Under the pieces are notes generated by a model, which was not told the origin of the DNA, made no database searches, and saw only the letters and a list, made by a program, of their open reading frames with translations. The position numbers and the translations under genes were made by a program. Shown here piece by piece: positions 1 to 12,230 of a DNA stretch of 64,000 nucleotides. The DNA lies in NCBI GenBank assembly GCA_905178155.1, contig CAJINV010000001.1, positions 155,079-219,078 of the forward strand, given 5' to 3'. Within the stretch, counting starts at the first letter, position 1, and every line of letters begins with the position of its first letter. This stretch comes from Amoebophrya sp. A120 (lineage: Eukaryota > Protista > Dinoflagellata).

Positions 1-2340
1 TGCGCCCGAAAAGAGGCAGGCACAGCCCCCCGGCAGGCACGCCTGCGGTTATTGCGCACGTAGCCAGGCAAGCGGCCGGCCCCGCCCCGGCGGGCGGCCG
101 GCGCTACGTTGTCGCATGCGCCACCGGGCAGCGGATTCACGCCCCGGGGGCGCCGGTGCGCGTGTAGCTTGCTGCGAACCAAGAGAGGGCGCCCGGGCTT
201 CGGCGGTTGCTACCGACCCCCTGAACTTGGTTGGCGCGTTGCGCCGTTCGGGGCGCGTGCGGGGCATGCGCTCCGCGTACTCCACACTTGCGGCGGCCGG
301 CGGGCTCTTGGGGGCCCGGGCGCCGCTGGGGTTGGCGTCGGTTTGCCCAAACCCATAGACGGAAGGAACACCCGGCCCGGCCGCGCCAGTCCTTCGCCCC
401 CCCCGCCCGCGACCGACCTAGACCGGGGCCACAGTGTGCCGGCCGGCAACAGCCGCGCGGGCGTGGCGCCTCCCTGCGCACTGCTGAGCCCGGGCGGGGG
501 AGGCGTGTTATTGGGGCGCCGAAGCGATTCCGCCGCATCCGCCAGGCGCCAGCCGGCCGGGGCCGGCCTGTCTGGGGGCCTCCCGCCCTCTGATATGGGG
601 GCGCGCCTGCATGTTGGGCCCCGCCGGCCTGCCTGCGCGCCTGGAATACCGGGCGGCGCCGCCGCGGGTCTACTTCCTACGTGCCGGCGGCCCGATTGCC
701 ACCCGTCGTTCGTCTCGCCCTTCGCTCGCCCTGCGCCCCACCCTGTGGGCCGGGATTGGGCGATCTGTTTCGTCTCTATCTGGTCAGCCGGGGCCTGTGC
801 GTTTGCTGTTTTGCTTTTCCGACAAGCATACCGTGCGGTCCGACGTCGGACCGCATGGCACGCTCGACACCGTTTCGGGCGGGGCGAGCCATGTTGGGGC
901 GCCGGGCGATGTGGTTGGTGCACGGGCGGAACTGCGCCCCTGCGTGCGACGTAGGGGAGGGGACGTCGTGGGGGCTTAGTTACCCTCGGGGCCTGTTTGC
1001 TTGCTACGTGTGGGGCTGTCGGACGGTAAGCCGCTGCTGCGTGTGCCCAGCGTGCCAAATATAGCCTCCGTGGCGGAGGTGGTGAGGTCGGTGCCGCTGG
1101 CTGCCTTGCCCGCCCGCCGGCCGTTGCCCTGGCCAGCCACTGTGTCTTTTTTCTGGGCCCCCCGTGCCGCTTTTGGTATGGCCATGCCGCGTGGCTTGGC
1201 CGTCTTTTGGAAAGCATGGTAGTTCTTTGCCAAATTTTCAGAACCCCTGTCCGAAAGCTAGCCCTGGCGGTATGGGGCCGATCCGGGCGCCGCGGTGGAG
1301 CGCCCTGAAACCGAAGGCAAACCGGTCCCATGGCATGGGGATTGGCCTCGCGCGCTTGGCGCGCTTTTGCTTTTCTGTGTTTTTTCTTTGCGCGCCGGCA
1401 CCCTTTGCAAAGCTTCCGCCGCATAGAAACCGGCGAAAAGGCGGCGGCCGCTTTCGCGGCCGGCCAAATGCTCCGAACGGAGCCCCGGCCCTGTCGTGCG
1501 GCTTCGCTTTTCTGATTTGCCGCGAGTTTTTTGGGGCGCTCTTTTGCGCGCCCCAAATCGCCAGAACCCCACGCGGCCGGCGCCTCAGCGGGGTGCCCCT
1601 TTTCTTTGTCGGCCCTCCTGTGTCGTTAGTATTATCAGCCGGCGACCGATAGAACCCGGCGCCGGCGGTTCGTTGAAGTCAAACAAAGCCCAACAGGCTG
1701 GCGCGCTTTGATCTTCCTCATGTGGAAAAGCGCGAAACAGCAGCACACACCGCCGGCAGCTTTTGGCCGGTGGTTGCTTTGCATTAAGAAAGCTGCCAGG
1801 GTCGGGCCGTTTCGCGGTGGCGGCCCGCCGGCGGCGGGAGGCGCGGGCGGGCGCCGCGGTTCGCGGTGTTTGTGAGGCTTGGGCGCGCGCGTTTTTTGGC
1901 GAGGGCGCGTGCTGCCCGGTGCCCGGTTGCGTCGGGTTTAGGGTCTGGCGGACCGGCCCCCTTCCCTGCGTCGGTAGCCCTCCTCCTAGTCCGTTCCCGG
2001 GTAGGCCTTCCGGGCCTGGGGGGGGGCGGGTGGGTGCGATGGGCGGTCATGGCCTTTTTCTTTAGGGCGCCCGCGCCGGCAGCCGTTGGCTGGGTGCGGT
2101 CGGCGGGTGCCCGGCGCGCGCACGCTTCGGCGGGTTGAAAGGCGGTCGCTCGGGCTTCGCCGATCACCCGCGGGACAAGAGGAGGCGTCGGCGCCCAAGA
2201 CCTCGCAGGCGCCCCTGTTCTGTCGCTTGGAGTATCTTCGCTGCGTTTTTTCGTTCTGAGTCGCATTACCAAATCGTTTTCAATGCCCTGAAATCCTGAA
2301 AAGTCAAATGAAAAGTTTTGGAAAAGTTCGAATCGCCCGC
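1..2340. repeat. GC-rich interspersed repeat or non-autonomous element, truncated by the window start; partial second copy at ~37795-38480
   Basis: Collinear shared blocks with 37795-38480: GCGGAGGT(G/A)GTGAGGTC, CCCAT(G/A)GCATG(G/C)GGATTGGC, CAAATCGCCAGAA. Sharp switch to AT-rich DNA at ~2450. No credible protein. Confidence 0.6.
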
Positions 2341-3708
2341 CAATTAGCCGCTTTCCCTTGTAAAGCTCTGTGATCCTGGGGTGGAAGTTGGGGAAATGCC
2401 TAGGGGATCTTGATCGACTGACAGTGACAACATTCACATTGGACACCATAAACCTAGAATAGAAATAAAGTCCTCATATATAAATTCTCGACTTTCTATT
2501 TCTCAAATTGCATTCAGATGCAAAAATTTTTGAACTTTAAAAAATCCAAGAGAATATATATTCTCATATATTTTTCTGTGAATTCGTTTTTTTTCAAATT
2601 ATAGATATTCAATAATATATATCCTGAATCCGAATCCATGTTTTTTTTTTCTTTTCGATATATAATCCCGATCTTTAATTTTTCGGTATGATATCAAATT
2701 TTTGGAGTTCGGGAATAAGAACACAATATTATAAATTAAAAAAGAAATTTTCAAAGAAAATATATCAATGAATATTCTGTAGTATCTGTAGGATGGATAT
2801 ATCTGATCGGATTTCATGTTTCCCTTTCTTTTCGATTTTCCATGATTTAGGAATTTGGAAAATTACGAAAATTATGAAAAGATTCATTTTTTTTTCAGAT
2901 AATTTCCAAAAAATTTCGAAACATGATCTGAATACACCTCGAATTTCTTTTCCGATTTTTTTGGAAATTCTTCAAGAAAATAAAAATATCCATAATCCCA
3001 TCATTCCGACATCAATCCAGATGAGATTCTCCACTCCAAAAATTTTCAAGATCCTATTCTTCTTTTCTTTCTCGATTTGATCTCTCAATAAGATTCATTT
3101 CAATTATTGATAAAGAATTATTTCGACATTCATTCTTTACCAGAAATCGATTCCATATTTCCTAGATGATTCGAGGGAAAAAGAGATTAGAGAGAGATTC
3201 CTGGATATTATGATTTTTTCTTTCTTTTTCCTCCTTAAGATCAAACATCCATTTATGAGGGTCGATTGACCATAACCATTCAGCCCATTTAAACCATTCG
3301 CAAAAAATGAAAAGCAAAATCGTAGGGCCTTGCTCTCCGGGATCTTTTCCTGGGGGCAGGCTGGTTGCCAGTATAGACCTACTCCTCGGCGCTGCGGAGC
3401 CTGTCCTCCTCGTCTCCGAACTTCGGGGCGTGGTGTCGCGGCTTAGCGGCGGGCTCCGCGTCATGGCGCGGTAAAAGAAAAAAAATCGGCTTCGCAACTT
3501 CGCATGAATCAAATTCCGCGAGAGTTCGCAATATCGCATTCAAGAGGGAGCACAAACGTCTAGAGAGATTGTCTTCGATCGTGTGCCATTTCTGCCATGT
3601 GTCGTTTTTTCGAAAATATAATCGCCGCACTGTCAAGTCCGACTTGCGGGACATCTCAGAAATAGGATTTCACTTTGAAGGTTAGTGCAACTATAGACTG
3701 AGGCAAAG

Positions 3709-6700
3709 ATGACGAAGACAATCGCTGACGCCCTCAAGGACGACAAGTCCTTGCATATGTTGGGTGTGATTATGTTTGCGGCGACACTCCCTTATGCGGC
3801 TTTCGGTTCCGCGTTGTCGCTGTTGATCGGGGTGCAGATCGGGAGCATCTTTGTGCGAAGATTACGTGCGCGGAGCGTGGAAATGTTGAAGCGCTTCCAC
3901 TACGACCAGCTCGACGCGCTTGTAAAAGAGCATCCTGACGCTGTAGCCGTACTACGACTGGGCCACGATGGCACCCCACTGGGTGTCACGGTAAGCTCCG
4001 GGACGGCCGCTGCCGGGCGGGTTAACCATGCAGCTGAAGTTTTCATCATGACGTGCAAGGTCAATCTGCGGGCAATCGGATCCGGAGTGAGCAACCTGAT
4101 TCGCATCCCGGTAGACCTTGTTACGATGGCGCGCAAGGCTGCGGGCGACATCTTCCCACATCTACAGCAGCTGGTGGAAAGAATTGAGCAGCGAGTTTGC
4201 CGGGGCCCCAATTCTCGGACAGTTTTTTTGGTGTACAACGTCCAAGACAGCGGTGGCGCCGGGCGACGTATGCCACGGATCTTTCAGGCCTGGGCAGGCA
4301 TGGAGAAGTACCGCCTGTCTCCCTACACTGCTGCCACCACGCAGTTTTGCGGTCATCACTTCATACAGCTTGGGGTGATCGATGAAATTCATATGGCGGT
4401 GAAAAAACGCACACAAGCCTCATTTTCGGATTTGTCATGCATATAGTAGCACTTATTCAAAATGTATCCTGTTGAGGCTTGTGTGTGTTTTATCCACTGC
4501 AGATACCGCAAGCGGTTCCCGAAGAAAGACGAACTGAAAAAGTGGTCGACGTCGCAATACATATTCGCAAGAAAACTTGTTTACCACAAGGCCGACCTCA
4601 TGGAGGACGCGGAGCAATTTGTGGCCAAGCATTTTGCCCCGGACGGCACCGCCCCGGGGGACAGCGTCGGGGCTATCGGGAACAGCGACGCATTATTGGT
4701 CGAGGATGGGGTCGCGACTTTGTTCCACCTTTTCGGTAACGACATCCGGGTGAAGGGGCTCGGGGCCGACGACGCAGAACCACCCAGCGTTGCCACATTG
4801 GTGCGGTGGTCAGAAGACCGAAAAAAGGTGATAGCAGGAACCCAGAAGGATGCGTGCGCAGCATATGAAGCCGTTCTCTCCAAGATACATGTGGGCACCG
4901 AAACGCGCTGGTTGACGTTGGGGCGGTCAAGCGGCCTGATGGTTTTGCTGGACCTCCTCGGCGGCCGCCACCTGGTCAAGCAGAAGCAGGCCGGCTTTCG
5001 GAAAGGACTTGTCTCTGGTTGGGCAGGTGTAATCGACAGGGACATGGTCCTGGTCGCTCTGGTTTGTCGGCCAGCGGACGCGGCGATGGTCAGCTCGCTC
5101 GAGGCGCCGGGGCTGAAACCGGGCGAAACACTGCGGCAACGGGTTCAGGCGATTTGCGCGGTGGCCTGGCACGAAGTGCATCTCATCCTCGGCAAGCTCG
5201 GGGCGATCGGGGGTAAGGTTGACACGCAGAACGCCGCCGGAGGCGTGGCCCGGGTCGCAATGAGGATCTACCAGCGGCTGCTGCAGGTGGACCCGGATGG
5301 AATTTTGTTCCCGTTTTTGGACATCGTCAACGAGACGACGTTACGCCTTTGTGCAAGTGCCGCACTATTACGTACTGCAGCATTATGTCATGCAGGATAA
5401 GAAGCTGAGTTTGTATCCTTACCGCAGGTAGAGCGTCAGCTTTGTCATGCTGTTTAGCAGTTAGGGGTAGTGCGGTGCTTTTCCATGTAATACATGCGCC
5501 CCAGGGCGCTCGAGAAGTTCCGAAAGATGGAGCTGCAAAACGGGTGGGACAACCTTCAACTCCTGCCGGAGGCAACACTGGTCGACCTTGCCACTGCTTT
5601 GGCGGAGCTCTTCACCATAGGCACGAAGGAAGAAGAGTCGGGCCATGCCATCGCCAGCAAAAAAGTTGGTCTGCACAGCCACAGGCGGACCATCGAGGGC
5701 CTCAGCCAGGAGTGCCTGATACCACGCTACGCCAAAGAGCTCCAGAGCAAGGAGGTCGGCGCGCTTTTGACAAAACTAAAGAAAAAACGGGCGCCGAAGC
5801 GGGCCGGGCCCTATCAGCGGTTTTGCGGCGCATACATCCAGGAGGAGCTTGGAAAGGCGACGGCGAAAAGTCCAGAACTCTTGGGGAAGGAGCACGGCGA
5901 AGCCCGGCGCAAGCTGGCGCGCGAAGCGTTCTCCGCAGCAGCTGCGAAGTGGAAGGAGCAAAAACTGAAACGGGGCCCGCAGCCCGATCTGCAATGCCCC
6001 AAGCGGAGGAAAGTAGACGTGGGCTGCCCAGCAGGGGCCGGGGATGTGGAATTGCAGACTCCGGGCGGTGGCGAGGTGGCAGTGCGGGACGCAGGTTTTG
6101 AGACAATAGACATCCCGGGCATCGGTATGGTTTACCTGCAGGAGCCAACCGCGAATCAACCCCACACTCCGGCAGCGGAAGGCACTTCTGCCCGGGCGGC
6201 TGGTGAAGCGGGAGGGGCGGGGCGTGCAGTAGTCGACGTGGGGGCAACGGCCTCCGAGCTCCCGAAGCTGCCATTGTCCCTGGATGTGATGCGGGAGTAT
6301 TGGACCACCAGCGATGAACAAATAACGCAGGACAGGAAGATACACTGTGGAAAAGTATTGCTTTCGTGCAAGTGCATTATGGCAAGACAGATCGACGCTT
6401 GCATTCCGTATTTGTGTTGCAGATCCTGTTGGCCAGATTTCGTCTAAGCTGCGGCTTGAGTTGCAAGGAGGGGCATTCTTGAAAGGCGTGAAGCATTTGC
6501 ATTGCAAAAAGTTAGGCAGTAGCAACGCACCCCGCAACAGCTTATCTGGGCGTGGTGTGTGAGATGTGATATCCTGGCGCAGGATAGGGCCGTGAGCTGT
6601 CTTGCAAGAATGCAACTTGCATGAAGGCGATATTTTTCCACTGGATATTTTGCTGCGTGCACGGCGCCACCGTCCTGGGATGGCACACCCATCGAGACTG

Positions 6701-8091
6701 CGTTTTGGAAGTACAAACCGAAGCCGGTGCCGCCGATATCCAACCTGGAGAAGCGGGTCCTTTTTGCGGAGGATAAACAGGCGGTGTTTCATCTACGAGG
6801 AGTGTTGTATAGTGTCCCGAAGCCGCTTGACGGGCCCGCGATTAGTTCCTCTTCCGGCGGCAGCAGCAGTGCCGCGCCCCCTGTGCCAATCCGTATGTTT
6901 GCGGTGTGCACGCGAGAAGGACACGCTCGCCGCGTTTCGTGCCTTCCGATGCGGCTGTTTTCCCCGTCTACAGATGCAGCCGGCATCTACGCCGGCCTGC
7001 TTCCCGCCGAAGAGTGCATCCCCATATCGTTCAAGAGCATGTTCTCGCATTTCAAGCCCGGCACGCAAACTGCTTGGTATGGAAACCTGGTCTTCAACGT
7101 CGGCTACGGGTGCTTCCGGTTTGATTTCGACGGAGCGGAAAAGGTCGCGGACCTGCCACTAACGGAGGAGCAAATCGACGTGGAGCCCGAAACGGAAACC
7201 GAGGAAGAAGAGCCCGAAAGCGACGAAGAAATACAGGAGCTGCAGCGCTTGTTGTTGCAGCAGGAGAAGACGGTCCAGGCTTTGGCCGGCGAGGATATGG
7301 GTGGGAGACAAATCAAGAGGTCAGTCTACCAGTCAAAAAGCAGTGACGCAGCCAGCACTGCGGTGGCACCATTAAGCCTGGCGCAAAGTAGTGCGAGTGC
7401 GGCGGCGCGGCAGAATGTCCGCACGGGGCAGAACGTTGGCGGGGCGCGGCACCGGAACGAGCCGGGCTACCAGGAGCGAGCAGAGCAGATCCACGGGCAG
7501 CTCCTCGCGGCGCGGGCGACGTTGGATGATATTCCCCGGACCGAGCTCATCGAAGATGGCTACTCGGTCCGACTCAACGGGGGATTATGGCTGAGGGCCC
7601 ACACGAAAGCCGACGCCCCCGGCCACGAGCCGTGGATGCCAGTGGCCGGCCTGGTCTTCAACCACGTTGTCTGCAATGCGCCACACAGCACCCATCGGGC
7701 ACTGGGGTTGGCCCTCAGCCGGCAGTTCAACATACACAAGCACGGCGGAAAAGCCATCTGCTACCACCTCGCACTCTGTTGGGCGCGGGCCGCTGCGTAT
7801 GTGTGCAAGGTGGTGCCCGCCGCGGAGCTGTATCCGGAACTGCAGCAAATAGCCACCGTAGAAGACCGTGTGCGTGACATGATCGCGGAGGATGTTGAGT
7901 ACTTGGAAGTAGTAACGCGGCAACCGGACGAGGCAGAAAGACAGGAAGCCGCGGGGCGTGAGGCTGGGTTGACAAACGACGTCATCCAGCAACGCGCGAC
8001 CACCGCTCTGAAGCAAGACATAGTAGCGCCTCTATCCAAATTCTTGCGCAAAAAAATCGCTGAGCACTTCAAAACCGAAAATGACAAGTAG
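3709..8091 (+). CDS. Spliced DDE transposase (hAT-related RNase H fold) with a long C-terminal extension; exons correspond approximately to ORFs 3709-4391, 4506-5341, 5493-6340 and ~6727-8091
   Basis: Motifs in hAT order: LRLGHDGT (D1), VYNVQDSGG (D2), QFCGHH (CxxH), ETRWLTL (TRW), TIGTKEEESGHA (candidate E). The ORFs are separated by IR-bounded intron-like segments. The last exon could be a separate gene. Confidence 0.65.
4392..4505. mobile_element. Introner-like intron in the transposase gene
   Basis: IR AAAAAACGCACACAAGCCTCA...TGAGGCTTGTGTGTGTTTT, TAT...ATA ends, internal TTTGTCATGC. Removal gives in-frame EIH-RKRFP. Confidence 0.6.
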
Positions 8092-8299
8092 CCGAGCTCG
8101 AATGAGAGAACTTCTTGATGAACAATCACAGGCGCAGCCATGTCGTTTTGACTAAATTCGGACCATTTTTCGTTGTTGCAAAATTGCGTGCTTCGGGTCG
8201 TTTTTTCGATTTCGGCCGCACCGCGCGGCGAGAGAATATGTTGAGCGAGAAAAAAAACTGCGTCTTCCACCCCCCAAAAAAAAATATAGCGCAAAGCGC

Positions 8300-8632
8300 G
8301 CGCTGGCCATTCGGGCCATTCGAGCCATTCGCGCGGGCCGCCCGGGAGCGGCCGGCGCACCGTTCAGGGGCAATCCATTCGGCCCATTCGTGCGCGCGAA
8401 CGGCCCGAATGGGTTGAATGGGTCGAATGGATCTAACGGCCTGAATGGCTCGAGTTTTCGGTCCATTTAGGCCCGCCAGGTGGGCCGCTCGACCCATTCG
8501 CGCCCCGCGAATGGGTCGAATGGCTCGAATGGGTCGAATGGGTCGAATGGCTCGAGTGGATTTCCGGCCGTTTTTCGAATGGGTCGAATGGCCCGCGGCT
8601 GAACGGGCCCGCGGGCCGGCCGGGCCGGCCTA
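8300..8632. repeat. Internal array of 9-bp units (CGAATGGGT / CCATTCGAG) in both orientations, matching the TIR subunit
   Basis: e.g. CGAATGGGTCGAATGGCTCGAATGGGTCGAATGGGTCGAATGGCTCG at ~8508-8555; the same motif makes up both TIRs. Confidence 0.85.
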
Positions 8633-8879
8633 ATCCGAAGCCCCGGCCGTCTGGCCGGAAGCGCTGCGGCGGAGGGCCGGGCGCCTCTATGTGTGCGCCC
8701 CAAGCGGGTTTTATCTGGTGAGGGAGACGCCGTCTCGAAAAAATGATGAAGAGACAATTATTTTCACTTTTTGCAATTTTGAAGCGCTGTGCAATTTTTC
8801 TGTAAAATTTCAGATCCTAGAAAGACCCCGAAGTAGTCAACCCCTCTAGTACATCGCGAATTCGCCCCGAAGTCAGAAA

Positions 8880-11800
8880 ATGGATGCTGACGAGCTGGCC
8901 GCTGCGATCGCCGATGCCGACGCGAAGGAGGAGAAGAAAAAGCAAAAAAAACAAGAGCTCGACGAGGAGAACAGCGGCAAAAACATCTCCAAAGCCCTCC
9001 TCCGGCAGAACTTCACCGTCACCGACGGCAACATCGAACTGTATCGGAAGTTGCGCGGCCGCAGCGGGCGGCTGTCCAAACCGCAGTGGGAAACCTTTGC
9101 CCAGATGCCCCTCGCCGAGGACAATGTCACCCACGTCTTCGACGCGAGTGTTATCGCGCAGAAGCGGGTCCTGAAAACGGAAAAAGTCGTCGGGTTTCAG
9201 CGCAGAGAGCTGTTGAAGTTTCTGACCGACCAGTACAAAGCGCTGGCGGACCCAGAACTTGCCAAGCAGAACCTCTCCGGCGTATCCTGTGGAAAGTATC
9301 GGGTTCGCAAAAATGCACACTTTGCATGGAAGACGTTTCGAATAGTGTTGATTTTGCATGACAGATTTACAATTTCGCTTTTCCCTTGATTTGTAATGCA
9401 AGTATATACAAGCTCGATATTTTTGTGATGCATACACAAACAATACCGGCAACGCGGAGTTTCTCTCTCGCGATGGCGACCAGAACAGCAATTTGCGCCA
9501 CGGAGAAAACGCAACTGGCGAAGATGGCAGGGCGGCGAGCATGGTGCAGGACGACGTGGAGTCGGGTGAGGAAGTCGAGAGTAACGCTTCCTTGCGGATT
9601 AAGGAGGAACAGCAGTCCAACGAGGACGAGGAAATGCCTGCGTTCGACCAGCAGGATGACGGGCAGGAGTCCGCGGCAGGCGGAGATGATGACGCGGGCG
9701 CGGCCCGGAGCGATGCCATGTCGGACGGGGATTTTTCGGTGGAGGGGCACGTGCAGTCCACCTCGGAGAACCCGGGCAACCTGGACCTGGAGATCGAGGC
9801 CGGGGAACAGCATGCCAACCAGACCGGAGCGTCTTCTTCAAGCAGCGCATCCGCCTCTACGGGATCCTCCAGCAGCCGGACAGCAAACATCAGCAACATG
9901 AGCAACTTCGTCGCTACATCCGGCAACACCTCTGGCCAGACGAGCTCCACTGCTACCAAGTCTTCGCGTGCCGGGCCGCGTCGTGTAGTGCGGGAAGTTA
10001 TCAGCGCGGAAGCCACGGACATTGCGTGGACCGAGCAGTTGAAGGCTCGGGTTTCGCTGGGCGAGGCGGCGCTGATTAAAACCACGAATGATCTCAAGCT
10101 GACCGACATTACGCCGTTGTTTTATGTGCAGCGACACCTGGAATATTCAGCACCGCGCAATGTTTGTCATGCTAGTTTGCATGTGAGGAGTCTCCCCTTT
10201 GGGAGTGAGCACTATTTGTCATGCGAGCTTCTCCCCTCTGGGAATGAGCACTATTTGTCATGCTGAGCACTATTTGTCATGCGGGAATGAGCGCTATTTG
10301 TCATGGTCGATGGTGATGCATGAAAAACAAAGTGCATGACAAATTTTGCGCGTTGCTGAGGATGTCTAATTTTCTTGCGGACACGTTTCAATTCGAAGCT
10401 ACGACCAAAACCGGAGTCGCAGTGCTGAAGAAGATGGCCATGGCGTCCCTGGGTTATCAAGTGGGGAGTCCATATCTCCTCCGATTTGTAATGCAGCAGT
10501 GCGTCCGGTCAAAAGTTAACTTTTGAAAATGCGCACTGCAAATTATTGGAGATATGGGCTTTTGGATTGTATACGCTGAAGGCCTATGCATTGCAAAAAA
10601 AAGAGCTTGTGGTAATATTATCGCAGATCTTTTCGAGCGGCGAGATGTGACTTGTCATGCAAATTTTTCCCGGATACCAAATTTGTCATGCATGATTGTG
10701 ATTTACGACAAGCGTTTTTTTTTCCAATTGATAACGCAGCCCTGAAACAGCAGACCAGCCATCTCCGGGATTACGAAGGCGGCAAGTTTCTGTATTGGCT
10801 CGACCACAATGCCGAAGGATTCGATCCCACTGACCTGCCGCTTCCGCACGACTGGGTCTTCGTGTTGCCGCCCGGCATGGATAACGAGATGAAGGAAAAG
10901 GTCGACAACTACCGGGCGCGGGGAATCAAGGATGCCGCGCTGACGTTGATCGAGGGCGGAAAAGTCAAGAAGTTGAAGAAGATGGTGGCCGCCGCGTCGC
11001 ACCAAGAGCCGGTGGTGTATGAAATGCTGATGAAGGCGATTGCGTCTTCGGACGTGTGGCACGACTTCCACGACATGCAGATCACGGTGGAAATGATTTG
11101 CGCTTTGGTGAAGAAGGCGGGCGGCGAAATCAAGTACCACGACTGCTATCCGGACTACCTCATGAACGAATTCATCACGATCAAGTCGCAGGGCATGACC
11201 CCCGCCTCGATCGCCGAGCTGCACAAGAAGGTCCTGGGGCTGAATGCGACTACTGCCCCCTTCCTGCCGTTCAAGAAAACCACTCTCACGCTCCTGTGCG
11301 ACCTGCTTGAGGAATCCCGCCGGACCCTCTCCACCCTGGTCGACAAACTGCTGGGGGTGAGTGACTCTACACAGTTCCTGATCTACTACAGGTATATAAT
11401 GCTTCCTGTGATGTCGTTAGTAGAGTCTCTGCCTATTTCCTCTGCGGTGGTTTGTCGCGTGTGTTTTTGATATTCCGAATCGTTGTTTGCAATTTTAGCA
11501 TTACATCTGTCACTCCAGGCGGGCGACGACCCGGGCTGAGTTGATCCTCGCTGTCGAGACCTTCAGAAAGGATGCCCCGACCCACAGCATCCGCGCCCTG
11601 CGGCTGTTGCACTACCTGGGGATGGCCAGCGATTGTCCGGAAGACCTCGCGAAGGAGATCAAGAACACCGAAATGTCGGAGTTCGATGGCATCTTCAAAC
11701 TGGCCATGGCCCGCCAGATGGGTACGGATGTGACCAGCGCCCCGCTGCGCGTGAAGGAGGTGGTGAACCTCACGTACAAGACCCTGGAGTTGATGGCAGA

Positions 11801-12230
11801 GGACTCGCTGGTGGAGATGGGGAAGTTGTGCGAGTTGGTGCGGGACAACCTGCCGCAGTACATCCCGAAGGAGGACATCATCAAGGCCGGGGAGGCTGCG
11901 AAGTGGTGCACGGAGGAGCGGTTGCGCCAAAAACGAGAAGCAAAGGCGGAGGAGAAGAAGGAAAAGGCGTACGAAGGTACGGACTCGGTTCTGGCGGGAG
12001 GGGCGAGGAAGAACAAGAAGCAGGCGGAGGAGGATACTATGATGTTGGCGGACCGGCTGGAGGACGCGAAGAAAGCCCAGGCCGCTAAGCGGCAGCGGGA
12101 CCAGATGCAGAACTCCTCCTCCAGCAGCTCGGGGACGAACAACAACGGGTTGAAGTTTGCGAAAAAGGACCAGAACGTTTTCATGGACGAGCTCGAGGCC
12201 TTGTACCAGGACGATGACGACAGCGAGTAG
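8880..12230 (+). CDS. Spliced second gene of the transposon; unknown acidic/charged protein
   Basis: GC3-rich ORF segments 8880-9281, ~9470-10125, ~10735-11390 and ~11520-12230, separated by segments rich in the introner motif. Stop at 12230. No family recognised. Confidence 0.6.

Noticed and set aside
49-2449. Long overlapping ORFs (e.g. 210-1556, 448 aa)
   Set aside because: R/P/A/G-rich products open in several frames because of high GC; no domain recognised; the region is a dispersed repeat.
2460-3250. AT-rich block as an organellar insertion or gene
   Set aside because: No recognisable organellar gene; similar composition resumes after 13710, so it is best read as intergenic DNA split by the transposon.
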